Shown here one piece after another: positions 52,593 through 61,681 of a stretch of DNA of 64,000 bases; positions within the stretch are counted from its first letter, which is position 1; each line of letters begins with the position of its first letter. A model generated the notes under the pieces. That model was not told the origin of the DNA. It saw only the letters and a program-made list of their open reading frames with translations, and searched no databases. The position numbers and the translations under genes are program-made. Source of the stretch: Candidatus Bipolaricaulota bacterium (GTDB lineage Bacteria > Bipolaricaulota > Bipolaricaulia > RBG-16-55-9); contig JALSGO010000083.1 in the NCBI GenBank assembly GCA_026982655.1, positions 30 to 64,029 on the forward strand, read 5' to 3'.

Positions 52593-52612
52593 CCCACCCC
52601 AGGTGGGGTGGA
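52593..52612. promoter_or_regulatory. CsoR-type operator 4: CCCACCCC-AGGT-GGGGTGGA
   Basis: Same 8-N4-8 palindrome, 11 nt downstream of the -10 box and 7 nt upstream of the MMPL2 start region. Confidence 0.65.
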
Positions 52613-52618
52613 TAAGGG

Positions 52619-55573
52619 GTGAAGCGAATGGCCCGAGGGCCGGACTTCCTGATACGTTGGCGCGTGCCGCTGCTGGTCGCCGTCCTGGTGGCCACCGCGC
52701 TCTTGGGCGCGGCGGTCATGGGAGCCAAGCTCAACGCCGACTTCTCCACGTATCTTTCCCAAGACAGCCCGCTCGTCCGGGAGTTCAACCGCGTCGGCGA
52801 GGTCTTCAAGGCCAACTACGTCGGCATGGTCCTCGTCCGGACCGAGGATCTGTTCACCCCCGAGAACCTCAGGCTGCTGGATCGCCTGACCCGAGCGTAT
52901 AAGTCCATCGAGGGCGTCGACTCGGTGACCAGCCTCACCAACGCCGTCGACTTCCGGCGGGCCGACGGCGGCCTGGTTGTGGGAAAACTCCTCGAGGGCA
53001 AGCCCCTCCCGACGGCGCCCGAGGAGCTGGAGAGGTTCAAGCGCTACGTGCTCTCCAAGGAGATGTACGTCGGCGCGTTGGTCAACGCCAAGGGCACCAC
53101 CGCCGTGATCCTGGTGCGCCTGCTTCCCAAGGTGAATCACTTCAAGGTCGCCGGGCAGATCGACCAAGTCACCCAGGAGATCGCGCCCAATGCAGAAAAC
53201 ATCTACTACGGCGGGATGCCCTTCCTCATCTACTCCATGACCGGGCTCATCCTCGACAACCTCTTCTTCCTGGTGCCGCTGATCATCCTGTTGCTCGTGG
53301 GGGTGCTGGAGCTGGGTTTCCGCCGCCTGGGCGGGGTGCTCGCCCCCCTGACCGTGGTGCTGCTCGCCGTGGTCTGGACGATGGGGATCCTGGCGCTCCT
53401 GGGCCGCCCGATCGACCTTCTGACCGGGATCGTCCCCATCATCCTCATCGCGATGGGCTCGGCGGACGGGATCCACTTCATGCGGCGCTTCTACGAGGCG
53501 CGGGCCGCCGGAGCCGAGCGCCGCGAGGCCGTGAAAATCACAATGAGGGAGATGGGCACGCCGATCGTCTTTACGTCCATCACGACCATGATCGGGTTCG
53601 CCTCGCTGGCCATCTCGAACTTCGACATCATCCGGACGTTCGGCTGGGCCACCGCGCTGGGGATCTTCCTGGCGCTGGTCGTCACCCTGATCGTGCTCCC
53701 CGCCGGACTGTCCTTTGGCCGGGAGCGGGCCTCCGTGCCTGCCGAGACGGACAACAGCGGGAGGCCGCGCAGCGTCCGGGGAGGGAGCCGGGCGATGGCC
53801 GCCCTGGGCGGGGGGATCCACCGGCGTCCGGGCGCGATCGCGCTCCTGACGGTGGGGGTGATCGCGCTGGCCGCGGTGGGGATCCCCCGCATCGTGGTGA
53901 ACGTGGACTGGTCGCTCTGTCTGGCACGGGGCAGCAAGCCGTACTTGGCGGAGATGCTGCTGCGCCGGGAGTTCGGCGGCTCCCTGCCCCTGCTCGTGTC
54001 CGTGAAGGGCGACGTCAAGGACCCGGCGACGCTGGAGACGATGCGGGCCGTGGAGCGCCACCTCGACGCGCTGCCCGAGGTGAGCGAGGCCGAGTCGATA
54101 GCGTCGGTGCTGGCGGAGATGAACTGGACGCTCAACGGGCGCTTCGCCGTGCCCACCGAGCGGGCTCAAGTCAACAACTTGTGGTTCCTGCTCCAGGGAC
54201 AAGACGTGCTCGATCAGATGGTCCGCTCGGACAACCAAGAGGCGCTGGTGCAGGCGAAGGTGGCCTCGCTGGGCACGGCGGTGATCAGCCGGGTGGTCGA
54301 GGACGTGAACGCCTTCTTGAGCCGCCTGCCCCAGAAGTTGGTCGTCGTGGACGCCGCCCAAGCGCCCCCGGATGCTCAACAGGCGCTGAGGGAACTCCAA
54401 GCTCAGCAAGTGAAAGAGGCTCTGGCTCAAGACCTGCGGGCCAAAGGCCTTTCGGTTGAACCCGCGGCGCTCGAAGCTGTTGTTGAGGCAGCGCAGAGCT
54501 GGACCCCCGGCGAACCCGACTACGCGGCGCTCGGCGAAGCCATTGAGAAATATTTGCTGAGCCCCGAGTCCGAGGTGCCGTTCGACGACCCTGCACAGGC
54601 CGCGACGATAGCCGAGTCGATCACCACAGCGCTCAGCGAGCGAGGCGGACGGCCATTGAGTGTCTCTGAGTTAGAAGCGTTGCTGCGCCCCCAGGTCGAG
54701 ACGTCCTACCCCGAGGACGTGGCCTGGCTGGCAGAGGCGTTAGTTTATCGCGTCGATGAGTTTTTAGATGCCCGTCGCGTGGAGGCGGCTTACGCGCAGC
54801 TGGCCGCCCAGCTGCCCCCGGAGGCGCGCTCCAACACGGATCTTGCGAAGAAGCTGCGCGGCGACCTTTGGGGGCTGACGACTGCGACGCTGGCGCTCGG
54901 TCCCCAGCAGTACGAGTCCCTGCAGGCCCAATATGGTCTGGACCTCGCGCGGACGGTGACCCTGGCCGCCGAGCCCTCGGGCCTAGCCCCGGTGCTGGAT
55001 CAGATGGAGAAGGAGCTGCTCCCCACCCAGATCGAGAGCACGGCGCTGGCCTTGTTGGCCGTGACGCTCTTGCTGATTTTGGTGTTCCGCTCGCTGCGGG
55101 CGGGGCTTTTGGGGATCGTCCCCGTGGGCCTGACCATTCTGGTCAATTTCGCAGTGTTAGGCTACTTCGGCATCGGCCTGGACTCGTTCACCGCGATGAT
55201 CGCCAGCATCACCATCGGCCTGGGGATCGACTACGCGATCCACTTCACCCACCGCTTCCGGAAGGAGTTCGAGCGCTCCGGCGACGAGCGGACGGCCCTC
55301 ATCACCACGTTGCAGACGACGGGCGTGGCGATCCTCATCAATTCGTTTTCGGTGGGCGCGGGGTTCGCCGTGCTGCTCTTGGCCGGCGGCCAGCACATCC
55401 GGCTCTTGGGAGGCCTTACGGCAATAGCGCTCCTGGTGAGCGCGCTCTTCACCCTGGTCGTGCTCCCGGCGCTCACGCTCTTGTGGAAGCCGCGCTACTT
55501 TCAGACCCCCGTCGTCGTGGAGCCGAAGCTGCGCCCTGAGCCCGAAGCCGAGAGGGGAGTTCAAAGCGCGTGA
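52619..55573 (+). CDS. MMPL/RND-superfamily exporter 2 (984 aa, with a large extra helical insert in the second loop)
   Basis: Two TM bundles with GSADGIHFMRRFYE and GLGIDYAIHFTHRFRKE. GTG 52619 or ATG 52628 is the start. Confidence 0.85.
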   Translation: MKRMARGPDFLIRWRVPLLVAVLVATALLGAAVMGAKLNADFSTYLSQDSPLVREFNRVGEVFKANYVGMVLVRTEDLFTPENLRLLDRLTRAYKSIEGVDSVTSLTNAVDFRRADGGLVVGKLLEGKPLPTAPEELERFKRYVLSKEMYVGALVNAKGTTAVILVRLLPKVNHFKVAGQIDQVTQEIAPNAENIYYGGMPFLIYSMTGLILDNLFFLVPLIILLLVGVLELGFRRLGGVLAPLTVVLLAVVWTMGILALLGRPIDLLTGIVPIILIAMGSADGIHFMRRFYEARAAGAERREAVKITMREMGTPIVFTSITTMIGFASLAISNFDIIRTFGWATALGIFLALVVTLIVLPAGLSFGRERASVPAETDNSGRPRSVRGGSRAMAALGGGIHRRPGAIALLTVGVIALAAVGIPRIVVNVDWSLCLARGSKPYLAEMLLRREFGGSLPLLVSVKGDVKDPATLETMRAVERHLDALPEVSEAESIASVLAEMNWTLNGRFAVPTERAQVNNLWFLLQGQDVLDQMVRSDNQEALVQAKVASLGTAVISRVVEDVNAFLSRLPQKLVVVDAAQAPPDAQQALRELQAQQVKEALAQDLRAKGLSVEPAALEAVVEAAQSWTPGEPDYAALGEAIEKYLLSPESEVPFDDPAQAATIAESITTALSERGGRPLSVSELEALLRPQVETSYPEDVAWLAEALVYRVDEFLDARRVEAAYAQLAAQLPPEARSNTDLAKKLRGDLWGLTTATLALGPQQYESLQAQYGLDLARTVTLAAEPSGLAPVLDQMEKELLPTQIESTALALLAVTLLLILVFRSLRAGLLGIVPVGLTILVNFAVLGYFGIGLDSFTAMIASITIGLGIDYAIHFTHRFRKEFERSGDERTALITTLQTTGVAILINSFSVGAGFAVLLLAGGQHIRLLGGLTAIALLVSALFTLVVLPALTLLWKPRYFQTPVVVEPKLRPEPEAERGVQSA

Positions 55574-55624
55574 GGAATTTCGTCGGGGAGAGAATATCCC
55601 GTACAATAACAGGAGGTTGTTCCC

Positions 55625-56407
55625 ATGAAGCGTAGTGGAAGTAGAACGAGAACGGTGATCCTCGGACTGACGGTGACGTTGCTCCTGGCGGTCGGCGCTT
55701 GGGCGATCACGGGCGACGAGGTGCTGCAGAGGTCTCAAGAGGCGATGCGGCCCGGCCAGGACGCGACGATCACGGAACGGATGACGATCGCCAAGCCCGA
55801 CGGCCAGACGGACGTGCTGGAGCTCAAGATGTACATGAAGGGGGAGAAGACGCTGATCCGCGTCCTCGCCCCGGAGGACTTCGCGGGCATTGGGCTGTTG
55901 ATCCTGCCCCAGGAGGACGGCGGCGAGGAGATCTGGCTCTATCTTCCGGCCTTCCGGGACGTGAAGCAGATCGTGGCCGAATCCTTGAGCGAGGGCTTCG
56001 TCGGCTCGGACTTCGCCTACGAAGATCTCACGGTGCGCTACACCTCCAAGTGGGACGTGACCTCCATGAGCGAGGAGGAAGGGCAATACGTCCTGACGCT
56101 GGCTCCCAAGCCCGAGGCCCAGCTCAGTTACAGCGGGGCGCGCATGTGGGTGGACCAGGAGACGTTCCTGCCCACGCGGGCGGAGTTCGACCGGGAGGGA
56201 GAGCTGCTCAAGGTGCTGACCCTCTCGGAAGTGCAGGACTTCCCCAGCGTCGCGGACCCCGAGACGAGCTACCCCACCCCGACGCGGATCGAGATGGCCA
56301 ACGTGAAGACGGGGAGCCGGACCCTCATCGAGCTTTTGGAGGTCGAGTACGACACCGGGCTCTCGGACGACTTCTTCACCGTACGCAACCTCAAGCGGGG
56401 CGAATAA
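55625..56407 (+). CDS. LolA-like outer-membrane lipoprotein-sorting-type protein 1
   Basis: Signal peptide and motifs IWLYLPAFRDVKQI and GSDFAYEDL, typical of LolA-like partners of MMPL exporters. Confidence 0.7.
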   Translation: MKRSGSRTRTVILGLTVTLLLAVGAWAITGDEVLQRSQEAMRPGQDATITERMTIAKPDGQTDVLELKMYMKGEKTLIRVLAPEDFAGIGLLILPQEDGGEEIWLYLPAFRDVKQIVAESLSEGFVGSDFAYEDLTVRYTSKWDVTSMSEEEGQYVLTLAPKPEAQLSYSGARMWVDQETFLPTRAEFDREGELLKVLTLSEVQDFPSVADPETSYPTPTRIEMANVKTGSRTLIELLEVEYDTGLSDDFFTVRNLKRGE

Positions 56408-56460
56408 GACTGGACTGAGCTAAGATAGCCGTACACAAGCCGTAAAGGGAGAGGAGGGGG

Positions 56461-57798
56461 ATGGGAATGGCGCAAGCGACGGCGACGGCAGATCGCACGG
56501 AAGCCCAAGTGCGAGCGGTTTTAGACCGCCTGCTCGAGGCCATCCGCCCGAGGGAGTTCGCCGTGCGACTCTGGAACGGGGAGGTCATCGAGCCCGACCC
56601 CGGCCATCCGGCCCGCTTTACGCTCGTACTTAACCACCCGGGCGCGCTGGGGCGGATGCTCTGGCCGCCCTCGGACCTCACGATAGGAGAAGCCTACATC
56701 CGGGGGGACTTCGACGTCGAAGGAGATCTCATCGCCGCCTTCTCGCTGCGGGAGCACTTCACCCGCCCGCCGTTCCGCCTTACGGAGATGCTGCGCATGG
56801 TCCGCGTCCTGCGCCGAGCGGCCCGGACGGCCCCTCCCCTCCAGCCCGATCGAGGGCCCGCGCGCCTGCGCGGGGCGCGCCACTCCAAGGAGCGGGATCG
56901 GGCCGCCGTCCGCTACCACTACGACGTGGGCAACGACTTCTACGCCCTGTGGCTCGACCGCAACATGGTCTACTCCTGCGCGTATTTTGAGACGGGCACC
57001 GAAGATATTGACACAGCCCAGGAAGCCAAACTGGACTACATCTGCCGCAAGCTGCGCCTTCAGCCGGGAGAACGGCTGTTGGACATCGGCTGCGGCTGGG
57101 GCGGACTCCTGATGCACGCGGCCCAGCACTACGGCGTCGAGGCCGTCGGCATCACGCTAAGCCCCCCGCAAGCCGAATGGGCCCGGGAGCGCATCCGCGA
57201 GCGGGGGCTCGCCGACCGCTGCCGGGTGGAGGTCGCCGACTATCGCGACTTCGACGAGGGCCCCTTTGACAAGCTGGTGAGCGTCGGGATGTTCGAGCAC
57301 GTGGGCGCGAAGATGCTCCCCGTCTACTTCCAAAAGGCCTGGTCGCTGCTTAAGCCCGGCGGGGTTTTTCTCAATCATGGGATTACGCTGGGCCCGGGCC
57401 CGCGCGACGAGCCGAGCTGGTGGGGACGCACGCTCTTTAAGCAGGGGCTGTTCATCCAGCGATACGTCTTCCCCGACGGCGAGCTGGAGCCGATCCACGA
57501 GTCGCTCCAGGCCGCCGGTGAGGTGGGCTTTGAACTTAGGGATGTGGAGTCGCTGCGCGAGCACTACGCGCTCACCCTGCGCCGCTGGGTCCAGCGCCTG
57601 GAGGCCCGCCACGACGAGGCCGTCCGCGCCGCGGGCGAGGCCGTTTATCGCATCTGGCGACTGTTCATGGCCGGATCGGCGTATCACTTCGAGATCGGGA
57701 GGCTCAACGTCTACCAGGCGCTCTTCGTCAAGCCCGATCGCGGGCGGAGCGGTTTGCCTCTGACCCGAGCCGACTGGTATGCTCGCCCTAGTTCCTAG
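56461..57798 (+). CDS. cfa: cyclopropane-fatty-acyl-phospholipid synthase family methyltransferase
   Basis: HYDVGNDFYALWLDRNMVYSCAYF, LLDIGCGWGGL and VSVGMFEHVG motifs. Confidence 0.9.
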   Translation: MGMAQATATADRTEAQVRAVLDRLLEAIRPREFAVRLWNGEVIEPDPGHPARFTLVLNHPGALGRMLWPPSDLTIGEAYIRGDFDVEGDLIAAFSLREHFTRPPFRLTEMLRMVRVLRRAARTAPPLQPDRGPARLRGARHSKERDRAAVRYHYDVGNDFYALWLDRNMVYSCAYFETGTEDIDTAQEAKLDYICRKLRLQPGERLLDIGCGWGGLLMHAAQHYGVEAVGITLSPPQAEWARERIRERGLADRCRVEVADYRDFDEGPFDKLVSVGMFEHVGAKMLPVYFQKAWSLLKPGGVFLNHGITLGPGPRDEPSWWGRTLFKQGLFIQRYVFPDGELEPIHESLQAAGEVGFELRDVESLREHYALTLRRWVQRLEARHDEAVRAAGEAVYRIWRLFMAGSAYHFEIGRLNVYQALFVKPDRGRSGLPLTRADWYARPSS

Positions 57799-57815
57799 GG
57801 AAAGGGGGTGATACG

Positions 57816-58022
57816 ATGAACGAGTCGTTCACCGATCCCGTCTGCGGGATGACGATCGATAAGAGCCAAGTCGCCGCGACCCTCGAGTACGGAGGGAAAA
57901 CGTACTACTTCTGCTCCCCCGGCTGCAAGGTCGCCTTCGAGCGCGAGCCCGAGAGGTATGCCGAGTCGGAGTCCAAGCCGGAGTCCTCGGAGGGGAGCGC
58001 TCCCGGGTCGTCCTCTCCTTGA
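57816..58022 (+). CDS. stand-alone YHS/TRASH-domain metal-binding protein
   Basis: DPVCGMTIDKSQ...YYFCSPGCKVAFEREPERY, followed by a Ser/Glu/Pro tail. Confidence 0.8.
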   Translation: MNESFTDPVCGMTIDKSQVAATLEYGGKTYYFCSPGCKVAFEREPERYAESESKPESSEGSAPGSSSP

Positions 58023-58060
58023 AGTTCACCCCTTGGATAAACGAGGGAGCGCGAAAGCCT

Positions 58061-58106
58061 CCCGGACCGGCGGGGACCGAGGGACATCCCTCCCCGCCGG
58101 TCCGGG
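58061..58106 (+). other. perfect 16-bp GC-rich stem-loop (CCCGGACCGGCGGGGA-N14-TCCCCGCCGGTCCGGG)
   Basis: Read directly. It lies in the 166-nt gap between the YHS gene and MMPL3. The loop contains its own GGGA-ca-TCCC mini-stem, and there is no U-tail. Confidence 0.85.
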
Positions 58107-58188
58107 GCCGAGGACGGACCCCGCCCTCTCCACAAGATCTCCACAGCTCTTTCACCGGGACTTCACACCCCCTCCCTAAGGTGTCCTC

Positions 58189-60585
58189 ATGTCGACGCGA
58201 TCGCTCAAGGAGGAGAATCCCTCGATCATGTACAAGAAATACGTGGAATGGGTGCTGAACCGCCCCAAACTCGTGCTCGCGCTGATCGCGCTGGTGACCC
58301 TGGGGTTCGCCGCGGGGCTCCCGCGCATCCAGACGGACACCGACCCCGAGAACATGCTCCGTCCCGACGCCCCCATCCGCGTCTACAACGACCAGGTCAA
58401 AGCTTGGTTCGACCTCCAAGACGTGCTCGTCTTAGGGATCGTCAACGACCAAGACCCCAACGGGGTCTTGAACGCCCAAACGCTGGGGAAGATCTACCGC
58501 ATCACCCAAGAGATCCTCAAGATCGAGGGCGTCGTCCGCCGCAACGTCTGGAGTTTTCCGACGACCAACCACATCCGGGTGCGGGGAGGCACCCTCGTCC
58601 AAGAGCGTTTGCTCAAGACCGATCGGCCCACGGATGCCGACATCGCCGCGCTCGCCCAGGCCCTCGACGGAAACCCCCTCTTCGAGCGCATTCTCATCTC
58701 GGACGACCGCACGTTGGCCGCCCTCTACATCCCCGTGGAGGACGACGTGGACGCGAAACCCATCACGGATCGCATTCAGGAGATCGTCCAAGCCGAGGGC
58801 GGGCCGGAGGAGTATTACCTCGGCGGACAGCGCGTCGCCGAGGACGTCTTCGGGGTGCTGATGTTCCAACAGATGCTGCTGCTCTCGCCCTTGGTGGCCC
58901 TCGTCATCTGGGTGGGCTTGTGGCTCATGTTTCGAAGGCTGCGCTTTGCGTTTGTCTTCTCCCCCTTGTTGATCGCCTTGGTCTCGGTGATCTGGACGAT
59001 GGGGCTCATGATCTGGCTCGGGATCCCCGTCCACATCATGAGCTCCATGGCCCCCGTGTTTCTGATGAGCATCGGCGTGGTCGACGGGATCCACATCCTC
59101 AGTGAGTTCGTCGATCAGTACCCTAAGAGCCGCAACCGCCGCCGAGCGATCCTCGACACCCTGGTGGCCCTCAAGCGGCCCCTGCTCTACACCTCGCTGA
59201 CCACCGCCGTCGGCTTTGCGTCTTTGTACTTCACGGACATCCCGCCCGTTAGGGTCTTCGGGGTGTTCGTGGCCTTCGGGATCCTGGCCGCCTGGGTGCT
59301 TACGATCACCATGGTCCCGGCGATCGTGATGGTCCTGCGCGAGCAGGATGCCAAGGAGCTCGCTGCCAAGGAGAACCGCCTGGCCCGCGGGCTCCAAGCC
59401 CTGGGACGCTTCAGCATCCGGCGCCGCCGGGCCGTGCTCGTCGGGGGCCTCCTCGCTTTGGCCGTCGCGGGCTTCGGGCTGACTCAAATTCACATCGACG
59501 ACAGCCCCGTCTGGTGGTTCAAGAAGGGCCAGCCCATCCGCGAGGCCACCGCTTTATTGAACGAGAAGCTGGGAGGGACTTCGCTCCTGTATGTCGTGCT
59601 CGAGGGGGAGAAGGGCACGATGAAAGAACCCGAGGTGCTGCGGTACCTCGAGGAACTCCAGCGGTATCTGGAAGAATCCCCGTTGGTGGGCAAGACGACC
59701 TCGCTGGCCGACGTCGTCAAACGCATCAACGAGGCCTGGAACGACGACGATCCTCGGTATCGCGTGATCCCCGACTCCCGCAGGGCCGTAGCTCAGTTCC
59801 TGCTGCTGTACCTCTCCTCGGGGGACCCCAGCGATCTACAAGACTTCGTGACCCATGGCACGGGCTACGACAAGGCCAACGTCATCGTACAGGTGAAGAG
59901 CCCCGGTTCGGCGGCCATGGAGCGGGTCGTAGCACGGGCGCAAGCCTTCGTAGAGGGGAATCCGCCGCCCCGGGGGGTGCGGGTGAGCTTCGCCGGGCCG
60001 GGGTACTTCAATGCGAAGTGGAACGAGGAGATGTTCCGCGGGATGATGCGCGCCGTGGCCGGGGCCACCCTCGTCGTGTGGTTGCTGCTGTCGCTCAACT
60101 TCCGCTCGATGCGTTGGGGGATCGTGGGGCTGCTCCCCTTAGGGTTTACGATCGTGTTCACCTACGGGATGCTGGCTTTGCTGGGGGTGCCCTTCACCAT
60201 GCCCATCGAGGTGATCTCGGCCCTCTCGCTGGGGATGGCCGTGGACTTCGCCATCCACTTCGTCCAACGCTTCCGCGAGCGCTACGCCGAGACTCAAGAC
60301 GTAGAGGGCTCCTTGAGGTGGACCATGGGCGGGCCCGGCGTGGCCATTTTGCGCAACGCCGTCATCCTGTTTGTGGGCTTTACGGTGCTGATCTTCGCGC
60401 CGCTTACGCCGTATATCACCGTGGGGGTCTTTATCGCGATCATCATGGCCCTAAGCTCGCTGACCACGCTCTTCTTCTTGCCCGCGCTCATACGGCAGTT
60501 TGCCCCCTGGCTGGTGGACCGGCCCGCGCGGGCGGCCGTCCCCGCGGCCGCTGAAGTGGAAGCGGAAGTGGAACCGAAAGCCTAA
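58189..60585 (+). CDS. MMPL/RND-superfamily exporter 3
   Basis: Two TM bundles with GVVDGIHILSEFVDQY and GMAVDFAIHFVQRFRE. Confidence 0.85.
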   Translation: MSTRSLKEENPSIMYKKYVEWVLNRPKLVLALIALVTLGFAAGLPRIQTDTDPENMLRPDAPIRVYNDQVKAWFDLQDVLVLGIVNDQDPNGVLNAQTLGKIYRITQEILKIEGVVRRNVWSFPTTNHIRVRGGTLVQERLLKTDRPTDADIAALAQALDGNPLFERILISDDRTLAALYIPVEDDVDAKPITDRIQEIVQAEGGPEEYYLGGQRVAEDVFGVLMFQQMLLLSPLVALVIWVGLWLMFRRLRFAFVFSPLLIALVSVIWTMGLMIWLGIPVHIMSSMAPVFLMSIGVVDGIHILSEFVDQYPKSRNRRRAILDTLVALKRPLLYTSLTTAVGFASLYFTDIPPVRVFGVFVAFGILAAWVLTITMVPAIVMVLREQDAKELAAKENRLARGLQALGRFSIRRRRAVLVGGLLALAVAGFGLTQIHIDDSPVWWFKKGQPIREATALLNEKLGGTSLLYVVLEGEKGTMKEPEVLRYLEELQRYLEESPLVGKTTSLADVVKRINEAWNDDDPRYRVIPDSRRAVAQFLLLYLSSGDPSDLQDFVTHGTGYDKANVIVQVKSPGSAAMERVVARAQAFVEGNPPPRGVRVSFAGPGYFNAKWNEEMFRGMMRAVAGATLVVWLLLSLNFRSMRWGIVGLLPLGFTIVFTYGMLALLGVPFTMPIEVISALSLGMAVDFAIHFVQRFRERYAETQDVEGSLRWTMGGPGVAILRNAVILFVGFTVLIFAPLTPYITVGVFIAIIMALSSLTTLFFLPALIRQFAPWLVDRPARAAVPAAAEVEAEVEPKA

Positions 60586-60625
60586 TGGAGAGATTTTACA
60601 GAACCCCATAGGAGGTTGACCGACC

Positions 60626-61486
60626 ATGAGGCAGAGCACAAGCAACAGACTCCTCACGACCGGACGGACGTTGGGGCTCCTGGCCCTGGGGCTGCTCCTC
60701 ACGCTGGGGGCCTTCCCCGTGGTCCTCACGCAGGCCCAAGCGCAAGGTCCCTCGGCGGAGGAGATCATGCAACAGGCGAAGGACCGCTGGCAGGGCGAGG
60801 ATTTCACGTCGGCCGTGCGGCTTACGACCGCGGAGCCCGGCGGCGGGGAGACCGTCCTCGACGTCGACTTCAAGGCCAAGCTCATCGAGGAGAGCCGGGA
60901 CTCGGGTGCGTTCCGCTACAAGGTGTTGGCCCGCGTCACGGCCCCGGAGGACGTAGCGGGCTGGGCGGTCCTCATCTGGGAGCAGGAGTTCCCCACCCCG
61001 GACGACATCTGGCTCTACCTGCCGGCGCTCGAGTCCACGAAGAAGATCTCGCTGGAGAACTTCCGTAACCCGCTCTTTGGAAGCGAGTTCGTGTTCGAGG
61101 ACGTCATCGGGCGCGAGCCGGGGCTCGACACCCACGAACTCCTGCGGGAGGAGACCCTCAACGTCGGCGGCGAGGACCGCCCCGTCTGGGTGATTAAGAG
61201 CACGCCTCAGGACCCCGATCTGGCGGGCTTCGCCTACCGCATCACCTACGTGGACCGGGAGACGCTCTTGGAGCTCCGCATGGAGCTCTACAACGACACC
61301 GACGCGTTGATCAAGCTCTACCAAGCCGAGGAGGTGCGAGAGCTGCAGGGCATCCCCACGTGGGTTACGGCGACGGCGGAGAACCTCGAGACGGGTCGAG
61401 TCACCACCTTCGAGTTCCTCGAGCCGGTCTACAACACGGGCGTTCCGGACGAGATCTTCGACCCGGAGCGGTTGGGGCAGCCGTAA
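60626..61486 (+). CDS. LolA-like outer-membrane lipoprotein-sorting-type protein 2
   Basis: Signal peptide and motifs IWLYLPALESTKKI and GSEFVFEDV, paralogous to 55625..56407. Confidence 0.7.
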   Translation: MRQSTSNRLLTTGRTLGLLALGLLLTLGAFPVVLTQAQAQGPSAEEIMQQAKDRWQGEDFTSAVRLTTAEPGGGETVLDVDFKAKLIEESRDSGAFRYKVLARVTAPEDVAGWAVLIWEQEFPTPDDIWLYLPALESTKKISLENFRNPLFGSEFVFEDVIGREPGLDTHELLREETLNVGGEDRPVWVIKSTPQDPDLAGFAYRITYVDRETLLELRMELYNDTDALIKLYQAEEVRELQGIPTWVTATAENLETGRVTTFEFLEPVYNTGVPDEIFDPERLGQP

Positions 61487-61502
61487 CGGCTGCAGGGGCT
61501 TG

Positions 61503-61580
<78 letters not shown>

Positions 61581-61681
61581 GAACCTATGTCGTTACGGAG
61601 GGAAACGTTCATCGCGCTGCGTCCGCAACCGGGGCGCACCGAGACCCTGAGGCACAACTCTGAGGAGGAGGGGATGAGCCC

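Noticed and set aside
57793-57812. GGGGTGAT upstream of the YHS gene, considered as a possible CsoR half-site.
   Set aside because: No left half-site is present (TCCTAGGG). The sequence doubles as the RBS (AAGGGGGTGA) for ATG 57816.
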